Below are positions 19,499-28,138 of a DNA stretch of 64,000 bases, one piece after another; within the stretch, counting starts at the first letter, position 1; every line of letters begins with the position of its first letter. The notes beneath the pieces were generated by a model that saw only the letters and a program-made list of their open reading frames with translations, had not been told where the DNA came from and ran no database searches. The stretch comes from Promethearchaeota archaeon (GTDB taxonomy: Archaea > Asgardarchaeota > Lokiarchaeia > Sigyniarchaeales > SOKP01): the NCBI GenBank assembly GCA_019058295.1, contig JAHPZI010000014.1, positions 1-64,000 on the forward strand. The letters are read 5' to 3'. The translations under genes and the position numbers were made by a program.

Positions 19499-20899
19499 TT
19501 GCGATTGAAAATGACACAAATAAGTTATTTAGATTTCAACCTATTATTAAAATCATTAACTGTTTCTCAAATTAAGGAAATCATCGATGATTATAATCAA
19601 CAAATTATTAATGGTGATTCAAAAGCTAAGAAATTGAAGGGTTACTCTGGATTAAAGAAAGACGAATTAATTGAATTTGTAGATTCTTCTCTAAGTGAAA
19701 AAGATAAGTCATATTTTTATGAGATTTTTGAACCAGAAATATCAAAAAAACTAATTTCAGATGCACTTTTACTGATAGTAGGAGAACACAAGACGGAAAG
19801 GATACAGAATGCAGGAATTTTATCTGGTGGTAAGGGATATAGAATCTGGTATACAGGAAAATATGGATCTCATAAAGCATTAGTAGAGGTACTTAAAGAT
19901 GTTAATAGAATGAACTGCAACTGTAAGATAGGAAAATTTGGAGGAATTTGTCTTCATCAGATGGCGATTTTTTTAATGTTATATAGTAAAAATGCAATTA
20001 AATTGGAAGATTTTCCTTTTAAAGTAGATCATTCACAGTTTAAATCTATAAAAAAGAGATTAGAATTACTCGCTACTCAATCGCTATTCAAGGAAGAACC
20101 ATCAATAATACTATCGAATGATTATAAAATTTATGTTAATGGTGACCTTGTTACTTATGAATGGGCGGGAGATTTTGCCGGAAAGAGAACGAGAGACATG
20201 TCTGAAGAAGAAGAAGATGTTGATACATGGATATCGAACAAAATAGTTGAAGTTATGTTAAAACATATAAAAGTTAAAACAAAAGAAGGGAAATCAGAGA
20301 AAATTATTCTAGATAATTATGGTATTATTCCGAAGATCATTGAAAATCCAAAATTAGTAAAAAAAATCCTTACTAAATTCAAGAAACTTGAAGATCCTGA
20401 ATTACCGACTGAAGAAAGTCAACTTGAAGCGTTTCTGAAAAAAAATCTTAAAGAGAGTAGTATAGAAATGGATATTGATCCTCCTTTTAATGCTTATGAG
20501 GGAGAAGAAGCCTTTCTATTTGTAAGTTATACACATAAAGACAAATCAAAAGTGTATCCAATTATTAAAAAACTCTATGATAAAGGAATTAATATTTGGT
20601 ACGATGAGGGTATACCCCTCAGTACAGACTGGTGCAATACACTTGCCGAGAAAATAATGGATAGTAAAATCTTTCTTTCTTTCATATCTAATCATGTTCC
20701 TGAATCTGAAAATACTCAGGATGAAATTCAATTTGCGATAAATGAGGGAAAAACATTTCTTGCAATTTATCTAACCGATTCTGGGTTAACTCCTGGTTTA
20801 AAAATGCGAATGAGAAGAATCCAAGGTATTCAAAAATTTGAAATGGAAGAGAAAAGATTTTATAATAAATTATTAAATGAAATAAATCGATTACTTTAA
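19499..20899 (+). CDS. HeH/Rho-N-like + SWIM zinc finger + TIR domain protein (likely ATG 19511)
   Basis: LKSLTVSQIKEI...GYSGLKKDELI; CNC..GGICLH; C-terminal FLFVSYTHKD...IWYDEGI...QDEIQFA. Confidence 0.8.
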   Translation: MRLKMTQISYLDFNLLLKSLTVSQIKEIIDDYNQQIINGDSKAKKLKGYSGLKKDELIEFVDSSLSEKDKSYFYEIFEPEISKKLISDALLLIVGEHKTERIQNAGILSGGKGYRIWYTGKYGSHKALVEVLKDVNRMNCNCKIGKFGGICLHQMAIFLMLYSKNAIKLEDFPFKVDHSQFKSIKKRLELLATQSLFKEEPSIILSNDYKIYVNGDLVTYEWAGDFAGKRTRDMSEEEEDVDTWISNKIVEVMLKHIKVKTKEGKSEKIILDNYGIIPKIIENPKLVKKILTKFKKLEDPELPTEESQLEAFLKKNLKESSIEMDIDPPFNAYEGEEAFLFVSYTHKDKSKVYPIIKKLYDKGINIWYDEGIPLSTDWCNTLAEKIMDSKIFLSFISNHVPESENTQDEIQFAINEGKTFLAIYLTDSGLTPGLKMRMRRIQGIQKFEMEEKRFYNKLLNEINRLL

Positions 20900-20957
20900 T
20901 AATAATCAGAATAATAAATAAAAAAAAATAAAAAAAAAGATAAGGTTAGAATTTAGA

Positions 20958-21152
20958 TTATAAATCTCGAGCTTTTACTGTTTTTCTGCCGTTTCCTTTT
21001 GCTCGACCCACAGCTTTGTCTAGCATGCCCATGATTATACCATTCAAACTATCGCCATCTAAAACGGCACTACTGGTATTGCATCCTTTAGATTTGATAA
21101 ACTCCCTAACTTTAGATTTAACAAATAGGGGTTCTGAACCTTTTTTAGCCAT
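20958..21152 (-). CDS. Short histone-fold protein with truncated alpha3 (alpha3/face-to-face or Bd0055-like type)
   Basis: LFVKSKVREFIK...NTS...AVGRAKGNGRKTVKARDL; ends right after RxTxxxxD. Confidence 0.85.
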   Translation of the reverse strand: MAKKGSEPLFVKSKVREFIKSKGCNTSSAVLDGDSLNGIIMGMLDKAVGRAKGNGRKTVKARDL

Positions 21153-21567
21153 AATTTATTCCCTCTTTTAATTAATGTTTTTATATTAATATTTAATGGT
21201 TTTGTAAAAAAATTCTAAATACTATTAATTAATAATTTGTATAATTGAGTTTTTAAATGTTATTGAAATTTATTGTTAAATCTTAGTTACATCACACTTT
21301 TTTAGGTTGAATAATATTTTCTTAAGGATTAAAAAATCGAAAATGTAATCGCAAAATGTATTTTCATGAAGGATTACATACAAAAAGGATGTAAACTTTT
21401 GAGAGATATAAATTCTTGATTTGAGCATTTAAAATATTTCTTTTTCTTGATAATAAAGCAAAAATTGAATTGCTATCGATATTATATAAGATAAATTTCT
21501 CCAATTTAGCAAAAAAAAGAAAAAAAAATATAAATTTTTAGCTATTATTTAAAACATTCCTTAGGAT

Positions 21568-21684
21568 TTAAGGGGCAACCTCGCCGCATCCTGGAATGCT
21601 TACTCCAGCCGCAGCCATACTTAAACCATAAGAAACTGTTAATAGAATAGCTAAAGCAACCAACACTTTTTTGCTTAACTCCAT
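21568..21684 (-). CDS. 38-aa small protein: signal peptide/TM plus 12-aa tail
   Basis: Manual translation MELSKKVLVALAILLTVSYGLSMAAAGVSIPGCGEVAP; GGAAGTGA upstream; GC-richer than its flanks. Below the ORF-track cutoff. Confidence 0.7.
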   Translation of the reverse strand: MELSKKVLVALAILLTVSYGLSMAAAGVSIPGCGEVAP

Positions 21685-21861
21685 TAAATTCACTTCCGTT
21701 AAAAAACTTACTTTTAATGGTGACTAGAGGTTTATAAATAATTATTTAAAGTTCACATAAAAATAGAGATCATTAAACATAAAGATTAAATAGGAAATGA
21801 AAAAAAAAAATATTGTTTTTTTGTTTTACTGAAGAGAAATTAAATATTTAACTTCTCTGGT

Positions 21862-22140
21862 TTATTTTGGTGGAGCAAGGACAATCTCTATACTTGATAC
21901 GTTATTATTTTGTCCATTTTCTCCTTCTAATTGTTCAGTAGATAATCTTATATCTTTATATTCTGTGCCTTTTAAAAATCTGTTGCGTAAAATTTCGCAT
22001 ACATCGACAGCATGAGAAATAGCTCTGCCACGTGCCTTAACAGTGCATTCTTCACCTTTGTTAAGGATCATCATCGTCGCCATCACATAATTCATGGTGG
22101 GACGTCGGCCAACAAACACAGCATTTTCGTCTTTGGACAT
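21862..22140 (-). CDS. albA: DNA/RNA-binding protein Alba
   Basis: VFVGRRPTMNYV...VKARGRAISHAVDVCEI...NVSSIEIVL. Confidence 0.95.
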   Translation of the reverse strand: MSKDENAVFVGRRPTMNYVMATMMILNKGEECTVKARGRAISHAVDVCEILRNRFLKGTEYKDIRLSTEQLEGENGQNNNVSSIEIVLAPPK

Positions 22141-22375
22141 TTTAATTACCTCTAATGTTTTATTTGTTTTTTTGATATTTAGTTTTGTTTGCTTTTTAGA
22201 TTTATTAGTTTTTTCGTATTATGTACGATGTTATATCATAATTTATTATAACAAATTATGATGTTATTATTCTACACTATTTATTTATAGTATAGTCATT
22301 TGTGTTAAATCAAAGAAATATATTAAAGTTTATTAAAGGATTAATATAAACTTCGAGAAGAATTTAAATAAGCTT

Positions 22376-23149
22376 TTAGAAATCAAAATCGTCATCTGTA
22401 CTCTTCACTTGATCAACTTTCTTTATTTGTTTTCTTTCATCTTTTATTTTGAGTTCTTCATCTAAAAATTCTGTTTTTTCCATTTTTTCTTTCTTTTCCT
22501 CCTCCTCTTCACCTTTAATAATATCCCAAATTAAACTTAGAATAAGAGGAACTGAGAGAATTATAAGAATTGGAATAAATAATCCATAATCTGTTAAAAC
22601 TATTTTAACCCAGCCAATGTACGGAATTTTGCCAATTACTACTCCTCTAATTCGCTGTTCTGGGAACCAATCTTCATCCTTGTCATCATTAGCATCCCCT
22701 TTAGTTCGAAATTCATATCGATCTTTTTCATCATTATATCTTATACCAACGACCCGGTGAACAATAGGTTCATCAGGTGCTCCCTCCCAAGGAGCGTCAT
22801 AAACAACAACATCTCCCAATTCTATGTCCTCAGGATCTCTCCCTTGTAGAAATAATAAATCCCCTGTATTAATCTTTGGTGCCATTGAATCAGAAACTAC
22901 TACCACCATTGGAGTATCGGTATTTAATGCTACCGACAATATGACATAAAAAAGAAAAGATCCGAAAAAAGCAAAAACTATTAAAATAACAGCAACTATA
23001 ACTTTTTTTTTTGTTATTGGCTTTTTTGTTTCTTTCGATTTGTCTGTTGATTTTATACGATATTTTCTTTGCATATTAATAAAAAAATCTTTCTTTGGGC
23101 TATTAAATAAAAAGCTCAATTTAAATTTTCTTTTTATAATACATATCAT
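22376..23149 (-). CDS. sec11: Signal peptidase I, archaeal/ER Sec11 type (start likely ATG 23074)
   Basis: PMVVVVSDSMAP, PIVHRV, TKGDAN and IPYIGW motifs. Confidence 0.9.
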   Translation of the reverse strand: MICIIKRKFKLSFLFNSPKKDFFINMQRKYRIKSTDKSKETKKPITKKKVIVAVILIVFAFFGSFLFYVILSVALNTDTPMVVVVSDSMAPKINTGDLLFLQGRDPEDIELGDVVVYDAPWEGAPDEPIVHRVVGIRYNDEKDRYEFRTKGDANDDKDEDWFPEQRIRGVVIGKIPYIGWVKIVLTDYGLFIPILIILSVPLILSLIWDIIKGEEEEEKKEKMEKTEFLDEELKIKDERKQIKKVDQVKSTDDDFDF

Positions 23150-23299
23150 ATAGAATAAGCTATTTAAAGTAAATCTTATTAACGATCGATATTCTTTCTT
23201 TAGGTAATTTCATTAAAATATTAATTAAAATCTAGAAAATATCTATTTGGATAATTATTGAAATTAAAAAAAAGAGAAGAATATAAAATAATTAAATAT

Positions 23300-23722
23300 T
23301 TAGACTGGCTCAAATCCTAAATCTACTCTTGTTTCTCCTTTGATATCCGTTTCTAAGAATATAGCCTTCACGGGAGTTTCTATTTTAATAGTTTCTGGTT
23401 TAGATTCATCCACACCAATCAATTGGCCACTAACCATTGGCCCTTCGTCTAATTTTATAACTGAAAAGCAATAAGGTTTCTTTCGATCATACCCTTTTTC
23501 TACGAAAAAAGGAGTTCCTACAGTAATGCTTGTAAAAGCAGCAAGTTTACCTTTCCCTGACATTTCAATCCATTCCATATTTGCACTATTACATTTAATA
23601 CACAGTTTTCTTACAGGTACATAAGTAGCGTTACAATTTTTACATTTTGAACCCATTAGTTTTTTCTCAGCTAAGAAATCTAAATAACTTTTAATAGTAA
23701 AATCTCTCTCACTTTCAGACAT
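23300..23722 (-). CDS. DUF35 Zn-ribbon/OB-fold acyl-CoA-binding protein
   Basis: CKNC..P...CIKC followed by an OB fold; downstream of the thiolase. Confidence 0.9.
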   Translation of the reverse strand: MSESERDFTIKSYLDFLAEKKLMGSKCKNCNATYVPVRKLCIKCNSANMEWIEMSGKGKLAAFTSITVGTPFFVEKGYDRKKPYCFSVIKLDEGPMVSGQLIGVDESKPETIKIETPVKAIFLETDIKGETRVDLGFEPV

Positions 23723-23737
23723 TTTTTTTTCTCACCT

Positions 23738-24997
23738 TTATTTTTCAAATATCGTTACAACGCAAGTTGCCCCAGATCCACCTAAATTATGAGTAAGCAT
23801 ACGTTCGACATCAAATTTGACTTGTCTATTTCTCTCAGCGATACCTCTCATTTGTTTAAATGCTTCCACTGCAAATGCAGCACCTGTGGCTCCTACAGGA
23901 TGCCCTTTACTCTTCAATCCACCACTTACATTAATCGGGAGAGAGCCATCCCTTTTTGTTTCTCCATTTTTTATGGCATCAACGGCCTTGCCTTTTTCAT
24001 AAAAGCCCAAATCTTCAAGTGCAACAATTTCTGCTATTGTAAAACAATCATGGACTTCTGCAATTTGGATATCCTTTGGTTTTAATCCAGACATTTCATA
24101 TGCCTGACGTGCAGCCTCCTTCGTTGCGATAAAGCTAGTTAAAGACTCTCTATCGTGCATAGATAATTCTGCTGATCCCTGGCCAGTTCCAGTGATCCAA
24201 ATAGGTGTATCAGTAAATTTTTTTGCTACATCGCCTGCAGCAAGAAAAAGACACGCTGCTCCATCAGTTACAAGGCTACAATCAAATAGACGTAACGGAT
24301 AAGCAATCATTGGATTTGATCTACTCTTAAGAAAATCAAATTCATCCTTCCAATCTGGAATCTCTCCTCCAGAGGCTTTTATTTTAGATATTTTGCTATT
24401 CATTATATCTTTTATCGATGATTGCATCTGAGCATATGGATTCTCTTTTCCATTTTCATGATTCTTTATCGCCACTCTCATTAAATCTTCTACTGTAGTT
24501 CCATATTTGTGAAAATGTGCTGATGCTAAAGTTGCATATAATCCTGGAAATGTGGCACCCGCAGGATATTCAAATAAACTATCCGAGGCCGTCGCTAAAA
24601 CGTCTGTAACTCCTGTTGTTGGTAATTCTGTCATGCATTCAACTCCAGAGACACATACTACATCATGTATCCCTGAAGCAATAGCAATAATCGCCTGCCT
24701 AAATGCTATCCCACTACTAGCACATGCGCCTTCAAACCGAGAAGCAGGTTTAGGAACTAATCCAACTAAACCAGCCATTTGAGGTCCCAAATGTCCTTGG
24801 TGATTGAATAAATCTGAAGAATAATTTCCCACATAACATGCATCAATATCTTTTGGTTCTATTCCATTATCAGTTCTATTCACCGCGTCTATCCAAGCCT
24901 CTACCCACATATCTGGATTCCGTTGGTGCGGGAAATTTGCACCAAATTTACACATACCAGCTCCTACTAATGCGATTTTCCTTGCTAATTTTCCCAT
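23738..24997 (-). CDS. Thiolase (archaeal/SCP2-type acetyl-CoA acyltransferase)
   Basis: EGACASS, EVHDCF, GHPVGATG and HNLGG motifs. Confidence 0.9.
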   Translation of the reverse strand: MGKLARKIALVGAGMCKFGANFPHQRNPDMWVEAWIDAVNRTDNGIEPKDIDACYVGNYSSDLFNHQGHLGPQMAGLVGLVPKPASRFEGACASSGIAFRQAIIAIASGIHDVVCVSGVECMTELPTTGVTDVLATASDSLFEYPAGATFPGLYATLASAHFHKYGTTVEDLMRVAIKNHENGKENPYAQMQSSIKDIMNSKISKIKASGGEIPDWKDEFDFLKSRSNPMIAYPLRLFDCSLVTDGAACLFLAAGDVAKKFTDTPIWITGTGQGSAELSMHDRESLTSFIATKEAARQAYEMSGLKPKDIQIAEVHDCFTIAEIVALEDLGFYEKGKAVDAIKNGETKRDGSLPINVSGGLKSKGHPVGATGAAFAVEAFKQMRGIAERNRQVKFDVERMLTHNLGGSGATCVVTIFEK

Positions 24998-25165
24998 ATT
25001 TTTACACTTTTTTCTTTAATTTTAATCTTATTATTAATTTAAATTAAAAAATTGAATAATCGAAAAATTAAATTTCTTATGATTTCTAATATACTTTTTT
25101 GAGCATTTTTTTATGCATAATTAGAAGGTTAACCTTTTTATCTATCACTTCATTTGATTATTATT

Positions 25166-25606
25166 ATGACGAATTCAAATTTAAAACCCGTTAAATGGGA
25201 AGATTACGAAATTGGTCAATCAGCAGAATTTACTAAAACGATAACCGAAGAAGATGTCATGAAATTTGCAGAAGTAACCGGTGATTACAACCCTATCCAT
25301 GTTAATCCTGAATATGCAAAAACTCAGATGTTTGGGAAACAAGTAGCACATGGAGCTTTAAGTTCTGGTTTAATTTCGGCGGTTTTAGGTACTAAATTGT
25401 TTGGACCAGGTATTTTATATGGAGGTCAAACAGTTAAATTTATTAAACCAGTATTTTTCGGCGATACTTTAACCGCTGTTGGTACAGTAAAAGAAAAATT
25501 TACGAAAAAGGAAGGTAAATTGAAATTCATTATCTGTGATACGATTGTTAAAAACCAGAATGATGAAGTAGTAACAACTGGAGAAGGTACAATACTTTTT
25601 ATGTAA
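25166..25606 (+). CDS. MaoC-family (R)-enoyl-CoA hydratase/dehydratase
   Basis: FAEVTGDYNPIH...AHG...F.KPVF.GD; ATG 25166. Confidence 0.9.
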   Translation: MTNSNLKPVKWEDYEIGQSAEFTKTITEEDVMKFAEVTGDYNPIHVNPEYAKTQMFGKQVAHGALSSGLISAVLGTKLFGPGILYGGQTVKFIKPVFFGDTLTAVGTVKEKFTKKEGKLKFIICDTIVKNQNDEVVTTGEGTILFM

Positions 25607-25684
25607 ATTTTTTTCTTTTTTCAATTATTGTCCTAAAGGAGGAAAAAATGATTTGGGGATATTTTTCTTCTTGTTTTAATCTAA

Positions 25685-26446
25685 TTAGTAATGAATAATC
25701 TCAGGATGTATGAAAGAAAGAGCATCAGAGATTTGTTTATCTGAAGGATTTATCTCGAGAAAATTTGTTAAATTCTTAATCACTAATGTTGAGTTCTTAA
25801 TTAAATCATCAAGGTTCAAGCATATATACTTCTTATCCATTACGAAAGAATTAATCCTGTTATATACTTCAATAATCCTTTTGGTTAAATAATTCTTAAA
25901 TTTCTTTTTATTCCCTTTTTTTACAAATTCAATAAAATAATTCCAGACCAGCTTTAAAAAAGTCTTAGAATCCAAAAAGCGGAAAGATAAATAAAGAATA
26001 GATCGAATATTTGAAAGATTTTTCACCACTCTTAATATGGAATCAACAATATCATTTATATTCCGCTTTAAACAAATATAATAAGGATTGGTCAAGTATT
26101 CATGGATATAAGGGATAGTATAGATAGTTGACGGGTCCTTCCAGCCCCATAATGGTGCTTCATTCTTTTTTATTAGATTTTTAATATTGTTACTCCAATA
26201 TCTAACAAGAATTTCAATCTTATGATCATTATTCTTTTTAAAATGACTTAATTCACCTGATAACGCAAGAATATAATAATTAGTAATTACAAAATCCATG
26301 GCTTCATAAGAACCAAACTTATTAAGGAACTTTCGGTCTCTCAAATCTTCCTCAGACCCCATATCAATTCCAAGTCTATGGAGAATACCCGCCAGTAAAC
26401 TTGACCCGCTCCGAGGAGGAGAAAGAACAATAACTGTCTTTACGAT
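25685..26446 (-). CDS. Sulfotransferase-family protein (probable ATC start at 26446; first ATG at 26362)
   Basis: In-frame upstream VIVLSPPRSGSSLLAGIL (PAPS-binding loop), WGWKDP and RN...V.S motifs. Confidence 0.75.
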   Translation of the reverse strand: MVKTVIVLSPPRSGSSLLAGILHRLGIDMGSEEDLRDRKFLNKFGSYEAMDFVITNYYILALSGELSHFKKNNDHKIEILVRYWSNNIKNLIKKNEAPLWGWKDPSTIYTIPYIHEYLTNPYYICLKRNINDIVDSILRVVKNLSNIRSILYLSFRFLDSKTFLKLVWNYFIEFVKKGNKKKFKNYLTKRIIEVYNRINSFVMDKKYICLNLDDLIKNSTLVIKNLTNFLEINPSDKQISDALSFIHPEIIHY

Positions 26447-26563
26447 ACTGAACTCACTCTTATTATATTTTTTAATTTTTTTATAAGTATAATTTACTTA
26501 TCATACTAATGTATTATCATTATAATTCATAAATAATGATCTTCCTATGAAGGTAAAAAAAAG

Positions 26564-27100
26564 CTAGTACTCAATTCCGTATCGTGATACAATCCCTTGG
26601 GATGAATAATAATGTTTGATCATCTTCATTTCAGTGACTAAATCAGCAACTTCCTTTATTTTGGGATGCATTTGTGGACCCCCTGTCAGAATCAATTCCA
26701 CTTTTTCAGGTTTATTTTTTATAAGTTCCAATACAGGTTCAACAGATATGACATTCATAGAAATAGCAACCCCTACCTCATCAAGTATAACAATATCATA
26801 TTCATCACTCATAATGATTTTTTTAGCAAAATCAAGCGCTTTTTTTCCCTCTTCAAGATCAAAATCTCCTGGTTCTGCTATGAGTTCGGGGCTTCCAAAT
26901 TGTTTTAACTCAAAATTGGGAACCGCTTTAAGAGTACTTACCTCTCCGTATTTATAATTACCTTTTAAAAATTGTATCATGTACACTTTCAAACTATGGC
27001 CAGTAGCGCGTATTCCTTGTCCTATGGCTGCGGTAGTTTTACCTTTACCCCGTCCAAAATAGACTTGGACAAGTCCTTGCTTCAATCTTTCTCGAGTAAT
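26564..27100 (-). CDS. cobO: Cob(I)alamin adenosyltransferase (track start TTG 27085; possible ATT 27100)
   Basis: VYFGRGKGKTTAA.G, QFLKG, YDIVILDE, ELILTG, ADLVTEM and GIEY motifs. Confidence 0.9.
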   Translation of the reverse strand: MTRERLKQGLVQVYFGRGKGKTTAAIGQGIRATGHSLKVYMIQFLKGNYKYGEVSTLKAVPNFELKQFGSPELIAEPGDFDLEEGKKALDFAKKIIMSDEYDIVILDEVGVAISMNVISVEPVLELIKNKPEKVELILTGGPQMHPKIKEVADLVTEMKMIKHYYSSQGIVSRYGIEY

Positions 27101-27265
27101 GTTCTACACCTTTTATTGGTTTTCTAAGTTTTTGTATTTAACTATATTTTGGACAGTGCGTTAAATCAAATTAAATTTTCGATCTGACATTATTAATATT
27201 ATATTAACAATTTTAATTTGTATAGAGTTCTTAAAATTTAAATATCATATTCTTGAGGTATATAA

Positions 27266-28138
27266 ATGGATTCTAAACTCATTTCATTAAAAGAAGCGAT
27301 TTCAACTTACGTCCAAAATGGGGATCTTATAGGTATTGGTGGATTATCATTTTGGAGGAAACCAATATGCGTCTGCAGGGAAATAATCAGACAAGCGAAA
27401 AAGGACCTCTCGATTTGTACTTTTGTTGGGGGGATTGATGTAGACATGCTTGTTGGAGGAGCATGTGTTTCTGAAGTTAGATCCTCTTTTGTGGGCATGG
27501 AAGTTTTTGGGAATGCTTCTAACTATCGAAAAGGAGTTGAACAAGGAAAAATCAAAGTGAGAGAGGAAAGTGAAGCCTCCATCGCATTAGGTCTCAAATG
27601 TTCCTATTTAAAAGTACCTTTTATGCCTCTAAAGGGAATAATTGGAACGGATTATCCTAAGGTTCGAGATGATATAAAACAATTCGAAGATCCACTTGGT
27701 TCAGGAACACAACTAATGGCGCTGCCTAAGATTGATTTGGATGTAGCTATTGTCCATGTAAATTATGCTGATGAGTATGGAAACGCTAATATTGAGGGAG
27801 CTGTTTGGTTGGATGATGATATGGGAAAAACGGCAAAAAAAACGATTATTACAAGCGAAAAAATTGTGGATACCGAAGATATCATTAAATTACCTAGGCG
27901 AGCTCAGATTCCAATGCAATCAGTAAAAGCAGTGGTTGAGGTTCCTTTTGGTGCCCATCCAACTAGTTGCTTTCCAACTTATACCTTTGATCCTCTACAT
28001 ATCCAAACATATATGAAAACGAGTTTTCCTGAGTACAAAGAAAAATATATTTCAATTAATAATCAAAAAGATTACATGGAAGCAGTCGGAGGCTCTGAAA
28101 TCATTCAAAAAATATCACTCCCGGAGGTAATAGGATGA
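27266..28138 (+). CDS. Class I CoA-transferase-like subunit A (GctA/IpdA-like)
   Basis: GDLIGIGG...RKP, PFMP, DVAIVHV..ADEYGNA and PFGAHPT motifs. Confidence 0.85.
   Translation: MDSKLISLKEAISTYVQNGDLIGIGGLSFWRKPICVCREIIRQAKKDLSICTFVGGIDVDMLVGGACVSEVRSSFVGMEVFGNASNYRKGVEQGKIKVREESEASIALGLKCSYLKVPFMPLKGIIGTDYPKVRDDIKQFEDPLGSGTQLMALPKIDLDVAIVHVNYADEYGNANIEGAVWLDDDMGKTAKKTIITSEKIVDTEDIIKLPRRAQIPMQSVKAVVEVPFGAHPTSCFPTYTFDPLHIQTYMKTSFPEYKEKYISINNQKDYMEAVGGSEIIQKISLPEVIG

Noticed and set aside
19499-20899. Thoeris, CBASS or SPARTA assignment for the TIR gene
   Set aside because: No ThsA-like, cyclase or Argonaute gene is nearby.
23300-24997. Ltp2-type steroid aldolase with DUF35
   Set aside because: The protein retains the thiolase catalytic Cys (EGACASS) and the HDCF/GHP motifs, so an ordinary thiolase-DUF35 pair is more likely.
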